This document shows positions 38,487 through 52,050 of a DNA stretch of 64,000 nucleotides, piece by piece (position 1 is the stretch's first letter; each line of letters starts with the position of its first letter). The position numbers and the translations under genes were made by a program. The notes under the pieces were generated by a model. It did no database searches. It had not been told where the DNA came from and worked only from the letters and a program-made list of their open reading frames with translations. Source of the DNA: the human T2T-CHM13v2.0 reference genome, Homo sapiens; the NCBI RefSeq assembly GCF_009914755.1, contig NC_060934.1, one strand, 5' to 3'.

Positions 38487-40175
38487 TTAATACAGATTCT
38501 ATTACAACAATGTTAAGTTTACAGCAAAATGTAGTGGGAAGTACAGAGTGTTCGCGTATACCCCTTCCTAACACAAGGCAAAAGCGACCTCATTAACAGC
38601 ATCTCCCCCATGGGTTGCTGTGCATGCTACAATTTTGTTATTCCACCATAGCTTGATCAATAGCAGTGCAACTCTGTAACTGATTGTACACCAGGCAGCA
38701 TAGACATCTTAACAGTACATTTGTTACAATTGATGAAACTACACTGATACATAATTATCATGCAAAACCCATAGTTTATGCTGGGATTTCCTCCTGGTGT
38801 TATAAATTACATGCGTTTAGACAAATGTGTAATGACATGTGTCCACTATTACAGTGTCTTACGGGGTAGTTTCACTGCCCTAAGCATCCCCTATGCCCTG
38901 TTCCTCCCTCCCTTCCTCAACCACTGATCTTTTCACCATCTCCATTGTTTTTCGTTTTTCAGAATGTCACATAGATGGGTTTATACAGGATGTAGCTTTT
39001 TCAGATTGACTTCTTTCTCTTAGTAACATACATTTAAGTTTCTTCCATGTCTTTTCATGGCTTCATAGTTCATTTATTTTAAGTGTTGAATGACATTCCA
39101 CTCTCTGGATGGAGCACAGTTGATTTATCCATTCACTCACTGAAGGGCATCTTAGTTTCTTCCAAGGTTTGGCAATTATGAATAAAGCTGTTATATACTT
39201 CTGTATGCAGGCTTTTGTGTAGACAAAAGTTTTTAACTCTTTTGAATAAATAGCAAGAAACACAATTGCTGAATTCCATGGTCAGAGTATGTTTAGTTTT
39301 TAAAGAAACTGTCAAACTGTCTTCCACAGTGGAGCACCATTTTGCATTTTGCACCATTTCCACCAGCAATGAATGAGAATTCCTGTTGCTCCACATCCTC
39401 ACCAGCATTTGGTGGTGTCAGCGTTTTGCATTTTGTTCATGCTAATAGGTATATAGTAGCAGTTCACTGTGAACTTGCCAATTCCTAGTAACATAGGGTT
39501 TTTCAATTTTTTCATGGACCTATTTTTCATCTTTATATCTTCTTTGGTGAAGTGTCTGTTCATATCTTTTGCCCATTTCTTAACTGGATTGTTTGTTTTC
39601 TTATTGTTGAATTTTAAGGTCTTTGTATATTTTGAATACCAATCCTTCATGAGATATGTCTCTTGAAAATATTTTTTTCTCAGTCTGTGGCTTATTTTTT
39701 CATTACCTTAACAGTATCTTTTGCAGAACAGAAATTTTTTATTTTAACCAAGTCCAGCTTACTATTTTTTTTCATGGGTCATACTTTCAGTGTTGTATCT
39801 AAAAAGTCATTGCTAAATCCAGGGTCACCTAGATTTTCATATGTTATCTTCTTGGGGATTCATACTTTTGCATTTTACACTCAGTTCTAGTATCCATTCT
39901 GAGTTAATTTTTGCGAACGTATATAAGGTCAATGTTACAGTTCATTTTTTTTTTGGCATGTGGATGTCCAGTTGTTCCAGCACCATTTGTCAAAAAGATT
40001 CTTTTCTCCAATGAGTTGCCTTTGCTTCTTTGTCAATGATCAGGTGACTAAATTCATGTGATCCCATTTCTGGGGTCTCTATCCTACCGCACTGATCTAT
40101 TTGTCTAGTCTTTACCAGCACTGCGTGGTCTAGATTAATATATCCTTATAAAAAGTCTCAAAGTTGAGTAATACT
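38487..40175 (-). mobile_element. L1MC (L1MC1-like) 3' portion carrying a ~100-bp foreign insert
   Basis: Peptides IYSKELKTFVYTKAC...ALFIIAKPWKKLRCPS and NNPVKKWAKDMNRHFTKEDI; colinear with the L1MC at 12.4-14.1 kb. Confidence 0.9.
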
Positions 40176-40179
40176 AGTT

Positions 40180-40438
40180 CTGTGTTTTCCTACCCATACA
40201 TACCTATGATGATGTTCATTTTATGAATTAAGCACAGTAAGAAATTAACAAGAATAACTAATAATAAAACATAACAATCATAGCAATATACTGAATATAC
40301 TGTTACAAAAGTGATATGAATGTGTTCTCTCTCTTTCTCAAAATATCTTCCTGTACTGTACTCACCTATTTTAGAACCACAGTTGACCACTGGTAACTGA
40401 ACCTGTGGAAAACTAACATGCAGTTGGGGGGACTTCTG
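40180..40438 (+). mobile_element. MER44 / Tigger7-derived 3' fragment
   Basis: catacatacctatgat...gcacagtaagaaattaaca...caaaatatcttcctgtactgtactcacc...ggggggacttctg terminus. Confidence 0.8.
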
Positions 40439-41496
40439 TTCTGCATGGAATTCTCTATCAAACTCCTATTTTAACTGACTTTCATACACAGGTGGAATGC
40501 TTGCTTTTTCAGACATTCTGGCATAGGAGAAGGCTGATAAAAGTTGATTTTGGTGGAAATAGTTCCCCATTATCTCTCCAGGCTCTGCTCAAAGGAAACC
40601 ATGCTTCTGTTAGCTGCATGGGCTAGAGATGGCAAGACAGCAAGACGAGATTTTCCTAGAGAAATCTTTCCTAGTTGATAGAGGATAGCATTGACCCTTA
40701 AGTATGGTCCCTGGGTAGCTCTTATTCTTCTTCTATTTTCTCCCGATTCTAAACAATGTCTCTGAATTTCAAGTAGAAAATCTGAAATCATCATTCACAC
40801 AATAATGCTGAATTAATTAAAGCTGTGTGTAAAAAATGGGTATGTGTTGGGATTTATGATTTGAAATTTTGAAGTTGATGACTATTTACTGGATCGATGA
40901 TTGACAATTCCTTCTGTTATTGGCATCTGTGGTCCATGAGCACTAGGGTGAAAATCCCATGCCTCTTGAGAAAATCAATCCAAACAATTTCTTTTGTGTA
41001 TGTTAACATTTTGGAAATGATTCAACCACTTGAGCCACTTAAGCGTCTCTTGAATCAGAAAGCATCTTTTGGGGATAGAAGAAGGACTCTCTGTACTGGA
41101 GGGAAACATGGCACTCCAGGTGGCCCCAAAATCCTTGCTTCCTCAGGTGTCAACATGTCTAGTGATGCATTGCAAACAAGCCTTCATGGATATTTCTCCT
41201 CCAGTCAACTTCTCGTTCCAAACTCATTCTACATACACTTCGAAGGGTGAGCTAATGCCATTCCTACTCAGTTCCTCTACTCCACACTGTATAATTCAAA
41301 AATAATAACCCAAGATGATCTGTTTTCAACAGAAGGTTTCAGAGACAGGCCAGTATACTTTTATCCACAATCATGACACTCCATCTAAATCTTATGACCA
41401 TGGCCAGAAGGCAGAGAAATAAGCCTACCATTGATATCCATACTGTAGACACACAAAAAGGGAAGGAGGAAGCTGAAGTACTAAAGAATATGGGTG

Positions 41497-41652
41497 CATA
41501 CACACACACACACACAGGCACACACACAGGCACATGCACACAAGCACCACACACATGCACACAGGCACACAGACATGTGCACATGCACATACACACATGC
41601 ACACACGGACACACACACGTGCACACACGCATGCACAGGTGCACACACATAC
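41497..41652. repeat. Degenerate (CA)n / (CATG)n tract
   Basis: Direct inspection. Confidence 0.9.
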
Positions 41653-42329
41653 AGAGGAACTAATTCAAAAACAGAGCGATCATCCATTCAAATCTGCACA
41701 CCTGCAATTTCCTCCAAATGATTCTTTTCCTAAGCAACAACTTGTGGATAATGAATCATTTTTAAAATCACAGAGCTTTGTTTTTGGGGTGCAGACACTT
41801 TGCACAGATAGTAAACACAGTTAAATCATGCAAAAAAAAGTTTACTCTGAAGGTGTCAATTTGAATGCAATTATAGTCCATTCACAAGAAACAGCAAAGA
41901 GATGCAGAGCTCAACCCCCCCCGACCTTTGGATAGAAAAATTGCATAATGATGATGAAGACTCTGATTGGATTTATTTTTTATTTTGTAGGAGGCTGAAG
42001 AAGCTGAAGGCGATGTCTGTACAGCTACTTATTTATTTGATGCTTACTTAATTTGTACTTATTTTACATGGGGTAGCAAAAATTATGCTGCAATGCCATT
42101 GTGAGTGCCCCATTCACACAGGTAGTGTCTATAGAAAAACGCTAAGGATAAAATCAGTGAATCAAAGTTGTTGGCATATATGCATTTCTAGATATTGTCA
42201 AATTACTTCCCAATGGATTCTTCTGACATCCTTTATGGACAATATATGAAACAATCTGTTTTTCTCTGCCTATGTTAGATATCTCTATTTATCAATCTAT
42301 TGATCTATCAACCTATTGAGCTACTCATC

Positions 42330-42339
42330 TATCTGTCTG

Positions 42340-42394
<55 letters not shown>

Positions 42395-42400
42395 GCCTAT
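42330..42400. repeat. (TCTA)n microsatellite
   Basis: Direct inspection. Confidence 0.95.
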
Positions 42401-42732
42401 ATGTCTGTCTGTCATCATCTTTATCACTCAAATAGGTGAAAAATTGTGTCTCTATTGGCTTTTCATTTTTATTTCTATTATTAAAAGAGAATTTGGACAT
42501 CTTTTCATATGTTTAAAAAACAATGAGTTTTCCTTTCTATAAAATATGTATAGTGTAACATAGTTTTTTATATACACACACAATCTGAGTATCAACTAGT
42601 TTTTAGGACTTCAATATATGTTACAATAGATCAACAGCTACAATTCTTGATATAATAAAAGTTACATTTTTTTTCCTAATTTGTAATTGATCTTTGAACT
42701 CATTTGGTGTCTTTTTTTTTTTGGTTGCAAAG

Positions 42733-42766
42733 GTGTGTGTGTGTGTGTGTGTGTATGCATGTGTGT
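42733..42766. repeat. (TG)n microsatellite
   Basis: Direct inspection. Confidence 0.9.
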
Positions 42767-43579
42767 GATCTAGCTTTTCACTTATTTCTTCTCAACTGTG
42801 ACATAGTTTTAGGGAGACATTTCCTACTTTGAGATTCCATCACATTTTATGCTAGTTCTTTTATGATTTTTATTGATTTATGTTATACTTTCTTGTTCAA
42901 ATCAAAATTACTGTGGTTTAAGTTATAAAGTAATGATTCAAATGATTACTTTCCAGTTGGCTATCCAGCAATATTTATGGATCATTCCCAGGGATGAAAG
43001 CACCTGTCATCAATCCTATGCACTAACATGGACGGGTCTCCACTGGACTCTGAGCTGCGCCCCAGCCATGACCTTCCTCTCTGTAAGGTGACACTGCAGA
43101 GGGTGCCTCAGAGCAGCATCACTGCTTTGGACACAGCTTGTGCGCCCCAGGATGGGGTCTACCCAACCTCTCTCTTGGATCTTGATTTCCTTCCAGATTG
43201 AGAGCACAGTGGCCACAGCAGTCCCAGCATTTCTTAAATCCCGGACTGTCTTGCTTTTTTCAAGGCGAGATCTGGGGCCCTGCTTAGTCCTTATTCCCAT
43301 TTCCCAGGGCTTTACCACAGGTCCCTTGAGTTTGGTGCCATGAGGATTCCAGGGCCGATTTCCAACCTGGCAGCATCTGAAGGGGCTCTGGACCCTTCTG
43401 TCATATGACCTGAGGCGGATTTCAGGCAACAGTGGAGTCTGAGAGGGTTGACTCTCTCTAAGACAAGGCAGAACTGGGCACACCCACGGTTAATCCAAGA
43501 CAGTGTGGCCCTGTACCTCCTGGGCCCTCCCAATTACAGCTAAAACATTGCAGCATCTCAGAAGCATGGGGAGTCCCTG

Positions 43580-43990
43580 AAAGGAAGAAAGAAGGAGGTG
43601 GGCACCCTGGAGGCCTCTGCTCAGCACCTTCCATGATCAATCTCTCAGCATCAGTATAGTGTGATGTCCCCAGCACACATGTGGCATAGAAGGAAGATGG
43701 TGGGTGCCTCCGCTCAGCACCCTCCATGATCAAGCTGTGAGCATCAGTATAGTGTGATGTCCCCAGCACACATGTGGCACAGAAGGAAGATGGTGGGTGC
43801 CCTGGAGGCCTCCGCTCAGCATCTTCCATGATCAAGCTCTCAGCATCAGTATAGTGTGATGTCCCAGCACACATGTGGCACAGAAGGAAGATGGTGGGTG
43901 CCCTGGAGGCTTCTGCTCAGCACCTTCCATGATCAAGCTCTCAGCATCAGTATAGTGTGATGTCCCAGCACACATGTGGCACAGAAGGAC
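43580..43990. repeat. Minisatellite, 4 x ~101 bp
   Basis: CAGTATAGTGTGATGTCCC anchor at 43652, 43745, 43847, 43948 (periods 93, 102, 101). Confidence 0.95.
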
Positions 43991-44263
43991 ACATGGCAGC
44001 CCCACAGCCAGATCACACTCAATAGTGAAGGGCTGAGAGCTTTCCCTCTAACATCGAGAGCAAGGGTAGGCTGCCCTCCACCAAACACACACTTCTATTC
44101 AGCATCAAAGTGGAAGGGCTGGCCAGAGCAATCAGGCAAGAAAAGGAAATAAAAGGCATCCAAAGACAAAAAGAAGTAGTTAAATTGTCTGTTTTCTGAT
44201 GACATGATCTAATGTATAGAAAACCCGAAAGACTCCACCAAAAAACTATTAGAACCGACAAAT
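43990..44263 (+). mobile_element. L1 ORF2 reverse-transcriptase fragment
   Basis: gccagagcaatcaggcaagaaaaggaaataaaaggcatccaaa ([14 protein letters not shown]) and tttctgatgacatgatc (FADDMI-like). Confidence 0.85.
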
Positions 44264-44299
44264 ATCTATTATAACATTTGTTTCTCTTTAGTAATAGTA

Positions 44300-45660
44300 T
44301 TTAAATTTCATAATTTTCATATTAAACTTTTAATAACATTTCTGTATATTCTATTGGACTTTTAATACAGAATTATATGCACTGGATAATGAGGGTGTTA
44401 TTCCTTTTTGCAAAAGCTGATAGATTTCATTATTTTTTTCTTCCTTTATTAAATGGGTTAGCACTTCAGCAATGTACAGAATAAATGTGAGCAGAGAAGG
44501 CATCCTCATCTTGATTGAGTGAGAAAGATTTCAACATTTCTCCAACAAATATCATGATTCCATTATTTTGTATATACCCTTTCCTTAAGATGAAGGGTAT
44601 TTAATTAGATTTTTAGAATGCTATTTTAAAATTAATTATGAATGACTTTTTAACTATATCAATTTCATTGTTTAAGGATATTTGAATTTATATTCATGAA
44701 TGAGTTTGGTCTGTATTTTATTATTATCACTTCTCTGTCAAGATCTGGCATCAGTTTTTTTTTCTGGCATGTTAAATTGGTTAGAGTGTATTTAATAATT
44801 CTCTGTTGTCTGAAAAATTTTGTAAAAAATTGGTATTATTCCTTCATTAAATATTTGGTAAAATTCACTAATATAGTTTCTATGGTCTGCAGTTTTCATA
44901 ATAGTTTCATTTTATTTACAAATTTTATGATGATTTAAATTTCTATATCTATTTGGTCAGGCTTTGTGAAGTATGTTTTTTGAGGATTAATCTATTTAAT
45001 ATGTACTTCAAAATCATGGGCATTATATTTTCCCTTATATATTTCTATTATATGGAAATATATATTTATATATTTACTCTATATTATTATATAGTTACAC
45101 TATACTCATTATATATATATATATATTTCTCTGTTAAAAACTTTGAAAGTGGTAATGATATATATTTGTTATTTCTAATATTGGTTATTTCCACTGCCTT
45201 TTTTTCTCCATCAATGTTCTCAGGGGCTTATCAACATTACACATTTTTTTAAAAAGCTAATTCTAGGTTTTGTTGACCTGTCTAGAGCATATTTATATGT
45301 TGCTTGCTGTTCCTTTGATTTCTACTATTATTGCTAATATTTGATCCTTTGTACTTTCTTCTAAAAAGTAAATTATGTAAGCATCCGTCTCATTAAGTCT
45401 AAAAAGAACAATAAATTATTTTTAAAATTCCATATCAAAATTTATAGTAGGTAAATTTTTAGTTCTGAATTTTTTCTAATATCTTTTATCACAGATTATT
45501 CTTTATCATATGGGCAAGTGAGATGTCCTGTCCTCAATTTCCAAATTTATATGGATGCTATAGAAGTATTGTTTGAGATTTGCAGGATGAAGAGCGTACC
45601 CTTTGTATGGCTTTAAACCTTTGCAGTGTGTTGGGCCTTGTATGGCATTATTGAAACCAG
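44300..45660 (-). mobile_element. Old L1ME ORF2 remnants
   Basis: gcagagaaggcatcctcatcttg, tatattcatgaatgagtttggtctgta and ggtaaaattcact are antisense L1 motifs; very diverged. Confidence 0.6.
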
Positions 45661-45759
45661 AAAGCTCTAGTAACAATTTCGTAGATTATTTATTTGTTAA
45701 AAATTTAAGTAATAAATATTGCGAAGTAAACATATGAAAAATATATCTCTGGTAGGTCT

Positions 45760-46070
45760 GTCCAGGCAGGGTGGCTCATGCCTGTAATCCCAGCACTTTG
45801 GGAGGCTGGAGCAGGAGAATCACTTAGATCCAGGAGTGTGAAAGCAGCTGGCAACGAAGTGAGACCGTGTCTCTACAAAAAAAAGAAAAAAATAAAAATT
45901 AGCAGATGTGGTGGCTCACGCCTATAGTCCCAGTTACTTGGGAGACTGAGGCGGGAGGATGGCGTCAGCCCCGGGGAGGTTGAGGCTGCAGTGGGCACTC
46001 TAGCCTAAGTGACAGAGACCCTGTCTCAAAAAAACAAACAAAACCCCCTAAACCCCAAAACAAACCAACA
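45760..46070 (+). mobile_element. AluJ
   Basis: Dimeric Alu with gaggctgcagtg; degenerate TSD gaaaaatatatctctg / gaaaaaatacatttctg. Confidence 0.9.
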
Positions 46071-47890
46071 GAAAAAATACATTTCTGACATCTAAAAGTT
46101 TATGGATATTAGAGAAACAGGGAATAAACAAGTAAAAACATGGTTAAATAATTAAAAGTCTAACAAAATCATAGTAAGAGAGGTAAAGTAAAATATGGCT
46201 ACAGTTTGGCTAAGTATGGAATTTCCTGTGGGATGTACACACATTTTCTGCGCGGCTGACATCTAATGTTTTTCTGTAGGTAAAGTGTATATGTTCAAGC
46301 AAGGCTGAAGCATTTGTGATTCGTTGTGGGGACGTAGGTCATGTCTTCTGAGTAGATCCGGTATCTTCTGCTTCTAAAAAGTGTGGGAAATGGTGCACAG
46401 CGTGTACAGAACACACTCTTTTATGTTTTGATTAAGTTTTGTTATGTCAAAGTAAACACCAATCCCTCCATTCCTGATAAATCACCTAGAAAAATGTGGC
46501 TGGCAGCAGGCCATTCTTGGCCCATTCTGAGCACGAAGGAGGCAGGGATGAAAACGCGATAGCAAGAGGCAATTTGACAGAGAGTGACCATGAATCCCAC
46601 AGTTCAGGACTCCAAGGAGGGAGAGGAAGGAAAATAACAGAGGGAAAGTGGGCACTGGGAGATGAGATTCTAGTCTCGCCACCTCTGTCTATCCTGCATG
46701 GGAGAGCCATGGAAAATACTTGGTGAAACACTTTTCCTCATTTCTACATATCATTAAAAACAAAATTTAGTTTTTTTTACTCACACTTTCTTTAACACAT
46801 TATAACCAATGTGATACAAAAACCTAACTGCTGGAATGAAAGATGAACAGGTTAATATATATATTATACATATATAATACGTATATAATAATATATAATA
46901 CAGAGAAGAAAACATTCCTGAAGCCTAGAAAACTAATTCAATCGAACACATTATTGAACACACTATGTCCTCCCAATAGTAAATGTTGAAAGTCACAGAG
47001 ACAGATAACACTCCGCTGCACAACAGAAATTAATAAACTTTAAACAAGGCATAATTTTAAAACGGTGTCTTCCTATTCTGCCCTTTTTGCAAAACAGAAA
47101 AATAAAATATCTCATCAATGTAAAAAAAAAAAGTACTAAATTTTGTTGGCTTTACATTTCTAAGAACAGAAATACAAGAAATATTAACACATTTAAAGGC
47201 CCAGTGTACTTCCTCATTCTAGAAAAACAAATTTAAAAACCAGAGGAAGAACTATTAAGAATCAGATGACATCATGTTACATTAGACAAGTGGAAAAATA
47301 AAGTCCAAGGATAGCAAATATTTTCCTATAATTAGAAAAGGCAAAATCAAATTCAAGCTTTGCAAATGCAATTGTTCTTTATGAGAAGAAATACAAATAT
47401 CTGGATTTGTATAGGATCCAGGATATTTTCCTTATGATTCTACCAGAAGTAAATCTAACCCCACATGTTTTTCAGATCAGTCTTGATATTATTGGTCTCT
47501 CCCCATAAGGCTGAAAAGAAAGTCATTACCCAATGTAATAAGAAACATAGATTTATTCATCGACCTGTTCCAAATGGTGCCTAATCACTTGTTATTCTGT
47601 CCTTTGGCAACATTCTTTGAATGTCAAAGAATTTTAGTGTTTGAAATTATCATTAAATACAAACATCATGCTGAAATTTTCAAACATGGTAGCATTTGTG
47701 ATTCTCCCCATCAGCACGAATGTCTCAGTGATCATAATTATTCTCACCATCATTGAACTTCTTAGTTACTGCATACTTAATGTATAGTGACAAGCTCACC
47801 CAGGCCATTTGCCTGATTTTCTATTAATCTTACAACAACTCTGAAGTTGATGGAGTTTAAAACGATATGCAGAAAGAAAGTGAAATGCTG

Positions 47891-48415
47891 TTCCCCTTCC
47901 TGTGCCCATGTGTTCTCATTGTTCAATTCCCACCTATGAGTGAGAACATGCGGTGTTTGGTTTTTTGTCCTTGCGATAGATAGTTTGCTGAGAATGATGG
48001 TTTCCAGCTTCATCCATGTCCCTACAAAGGACATGAATTCATCCTTTTTTATGGCTGCATAGTATTCCATGGTGTATATGTGCCACATTTTCTTAATCCA
48101 GTCTATCATTGTTGGACATTTGGGACGGTTCCAAGTCTTTGCTATTGTGAATAGTGCCGCAATAAACATATGTGTGCATGTGTCTTCATCACACACCGGG
48201 GACTGTTGTGGGGTGGGGGGAGGGGGGAGGGATAGCATTAGGAGATATACCTAATGCTAAATGATGAGTTAATGGGTGCAGCATACCAGCATGGCACATG
48301 TATACATACATATGTAACAAACCTGCACATTGTGCACACGTACCCTAAAACTTAAAGTATAATAATAATAAAATAAAATAAAATAAAAAATAAATGTGAG
48401 AAGCATAAAAAAAGA
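47891..48415 (+). mobile_element. 5'-inverted (twin-primed) L1PA (PA3-5-like) insertion
   Basis: 47891-48186 is antisense L1, 48187-48415 is the sense 3' end with poly(A); 18-bp TSD AAAGAAAGYGAAATGCTG (47873-47890, 48416-48433). Confidence 0.95.
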
Positions 48416-50721
48416 AAAGAAAGCGAAATGCTGGTAGTTTGAGACGGCCTCACTCTGGTATCCAGTTGCAGTCTCTTTACTGAGTATACAGTTTTACTCT
48501 TAGTCATGAGTGGATGCCTTACCCAGGAGTGGACAACAGGAATTGGAGTGATTCTTAGAGGGCAGTAGGCAGACATTGCACATGGTGGACAAGGATGGAT
48601 ATGGAAACGACTTTCTGATAATAGAGGTGGAAGACAATGGTCTCTGGTTTTCGTTGTTGTTTTTGAAATTTTGTCTGAGAGTTTTGCAAAGATCAGAAGG
48701 GACGTGATTATATGGTAAAAGGGGATAATGAACAGATTCAAATTAATTGGAGCAAATCTCAGCTAATTAACTGGAATCCTTGGGCCCTTATTTAGTGAGA
48801 ATATATTCAGTACTTTGCCACAACTCCCAAAATACATGAACATTTGCTATGCATGTATGAGTATGGAGATTCTAATGAATACTTCATGGGAAAGTGGAAG
48901 CAAAGAATGCCTTGCACAAGACATGGAGATCTTGAGTTATTTTCTCTTTAAACATCTCTGCAATTGTCCCCAAATCACTCCTCAGTTGCCCGTGGCCTGG
49001 TTTCTTTCTCTTTAGTCCACATGACATTTGTATTCCAAGTGTTCTCAAGAGATAGTTAGCTCTGAATATTCAGGTAAAACCCCAAACCTAGTAACTTAGC
49101 AGATTCAAAAAAGTCCTGTGGAAAGTATTTTAAGAGTATATATCTTGCTCTGTCATGCCCTGGGGGCCTCACCCATGAATCTGAGGATATTATCAGGTAT
49201 TAATTCAGGAGGACCAGTGGCCTCTACTGGAGAGTGGGGAGTGAGATCTGCCTCTAATAAAAGATTTTCTCCATAGCCTTGGGTCGTTTATCACATTTGC
49301 TTATTTTACTTTGTTTGCTGACTTACCCTGCTTCACAAGCTCGAGCAGCAGGATAAAAACCAATTTTTTTTCTGTGTAGAAGAAAACAATGACAGTCAGG
49401 AACAGAATATAAATCAGATGATCTAATAAAGGGTGGGTCAGGGTAATATCCCAATGCCTCAAATCACTCTTTCTTTGACTACAAGTTGCATGCATTTGTA
49501 AGGCCTGAGAACTACAACTACATTTCAAACTGATCATAATAGAGCTATAAAAATCAGACAACAAGCACCACTCACCACATAACAAGCACCACTCACCACG
49601 CATGAGATGCAGGAATAGCATTTGCTATAGAGATAGGTCTTCTGCCGATAAATTTGCGAAAGAACAGCATTGGATTAGCTAAAGTTATTAAGATTTTTAA
49701 AGCTGGTGAAATTTTTTGCCTCCTCAAATAGGAGGTGCAGCTTTTCATGAACACATGTACACCTCAGGGTGAGGTCCTTGTATTTTTCATTATATAAGTC
49801 ATATGTTATATGTTACATTACATATTACTGGGACAATTTCATGCAACCATATAGCTGGAGATTGCATAAACTCTGGTGTTGCTGTTTATATGAACTATGA
49901 GACTGGTGCCTCCTGAGGAATATTGCACATGTTAATTCCTGGAGACCTGCAGTGCATTGTCGTATGTATACATGGTATGTAACATATATCATACTTATCG
50001 GCACATTGTCATATATATATAATGTCATATATATTTTATATATATCATACTATATCCCACCCTCTCTTTCCTCTCTCTCACATTTGTGAATATTTGATGA
50101 TGTTTAGTAAAACAACAACAGTAAGAGAAAACTGTGCCCCTGGTTCACAGTGGACATACATGAATGTTACAAAATGTGACAGTTCTACCATTTCAATCAT
50201 GAGATTCTATTTTTCAGCTTACAAAGTAGGATATGAGGATGGCCCAGTAAGACTTAGTGGGGAGGGACCTTCTCTGTGTGTTACCACCCATGAATGATGT
50301 GCTGTGGATACCGAAGGAGTCGTGTTATACAAGTCATTTTCTACAAATTCTTTTATTGTTATCTAGAAAAAATACACAAATGCATCTTCTTACAAAAGGT
50401 AAGAGGAAACTCAAATAATACGAACACTGCTAATATTAATGAGAGTAGTAATAACATAATTAACAACTATCCAGAGACACAGAATAGTGAACTAGATTAG
50501 TCTTCAAAATTGAGATAAGTCGGAGCTATTTTCAGTTGGGATACTTAATTATATTTAAGTACAAAACTCTGGAGAATCTATATTGTTTTATAGGATAATT
50601 AATTTTTATTTCTTTTATTAAAATTGTGTTTGAATATATTTCCTCATGGGAAAGAACCCTATAACTGGGGTAAATTCTTCCCAACCCACTCTCCACTGGA
50701 CTCAGGTGGATTCAGGGGGAA

Positions 50722-50795
50722 CAGTTTCTCAGGATGACCTTCCCATAATCCCCTCCCCAGTTTCTCACGATGACCTTCCCATAATTCCCTCCCCA
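50722..50795. repeat. 36-bp tandem duplication
   Basis: cagtttctca.gatgaccttcccataat.ccctcccc at 50722 and 50758. Confidence 0.9.
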
Positions 50796-51918
50796 TTGGC
50801 TTCGATGTTCTCTGAGAGATGCTCCTTGAATAATGGTGCCCAGGGGAATGCAGCTCTTAGACTTGGATTCGCTAATGCTCAAACATTTAGTCTGTTTACT
50901 AAACAATCACACATGATGCCATGAGACCCTTTGGAATTCAATGGTGACATACAATTGAAAGATGGTCACATTTAGTTTTGATTTATTAAAAGGCTAACAC
51001 TTTGATTAGTCAATACAAGTACATTGATCATATTAATAATGATTTATCTTACCTTACCTACTGGGTAGCTGAGGCATGTGCTTCTTCCTACGAGAATCTG
51101 TTTTGGTCTTGTGCATTGCATTTTACAGGGCTCATGTCAAAAGCCACATGAGATTACTCAAATTTGGACTATTTATTTATTTTCAGGTTTCCCCCCTTTT
51201 AATTAGATCAGGTCTTTTCAATACCACACTCTGCCTTGAAACATAGCCCCTGGCATCTCGCCCTTTCTGAGTTCAGTTGAGTAAGGAAACAAGTTGAGAA
51301 CGTCATCTACTGCATTGATCAATCACGCTCAGGTGGAGACAAATGCGTGTTTAAAAACATTTCCTCTGAATCTTTGCCTGAAAGGGTTTTTTTTTTCCAA
51401 TGAATTAATATGCTTTTATAATTTTATGCTAAAATATGACAAATGAAAGATATTTTTCTTTTTTAACTTTTACTCTTACGAAAGAAAGGGCTTCAGTATC
51501 ACGCCTTCAAGGAAATTGTCCCCTTTTCCAGATAGTGCCCATTTATTATGCCATGACATCATTTTGTTTCCTCCAGACCACATAGTTTTTAAAGGTACAT
51601 TCATCATATAATTATTTAACTTCCATTTAGCCAGCCACAGTGTAACCTATAAAGGCTCACATATGTGTTTCTAAATACCATTTATTTTCTAGCGGCCATA
51701 AAAGCTTTGGAGCACAGGTAGAATTTAAAGAAGTAAACATTGTCAAAGTAATCAATACAGCAAAAGATATACTTTTAGAATTAATAGCTTCCCTGGACTA
51801 TTTTTCAAATACATAATTCTTACCCTTAACGTTCATCTATTTTTCTCTTTGGCTTTATTTTTTTTTGAGAAAAAGTCATTTCAAAAACTGATATTTCCTT
51901 TTTCCAAAATTATTCTTT

Positions 51919-51927
51919 ATCTATCTG

Positions 51928-51992
<65 letters not shown>

Positions 51993-52050
51993 ATCTATCT
52001 ATCTATCTATCATCTATCTATCCATTTATCCACATATTTATCTATCATCT
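51919..52050. repeat. (TCTA)n compound microsatellite
   Basis: Direct inspection. Confidence 0.95.

Noticed and set aside
41339-41824. Cys/Val- and His/Thr-rich ORFs
   Set aside because: Products of the (CA)n-like tract.
48206-48232. G-quadruplex-like G runs
   Set aside because: Standard feature of the L1PA 3' UTR.
49561-49599. 18-bp direct repeat acaagcaccactcaccac
   Set aside because: Ordinary short slippage duplication.
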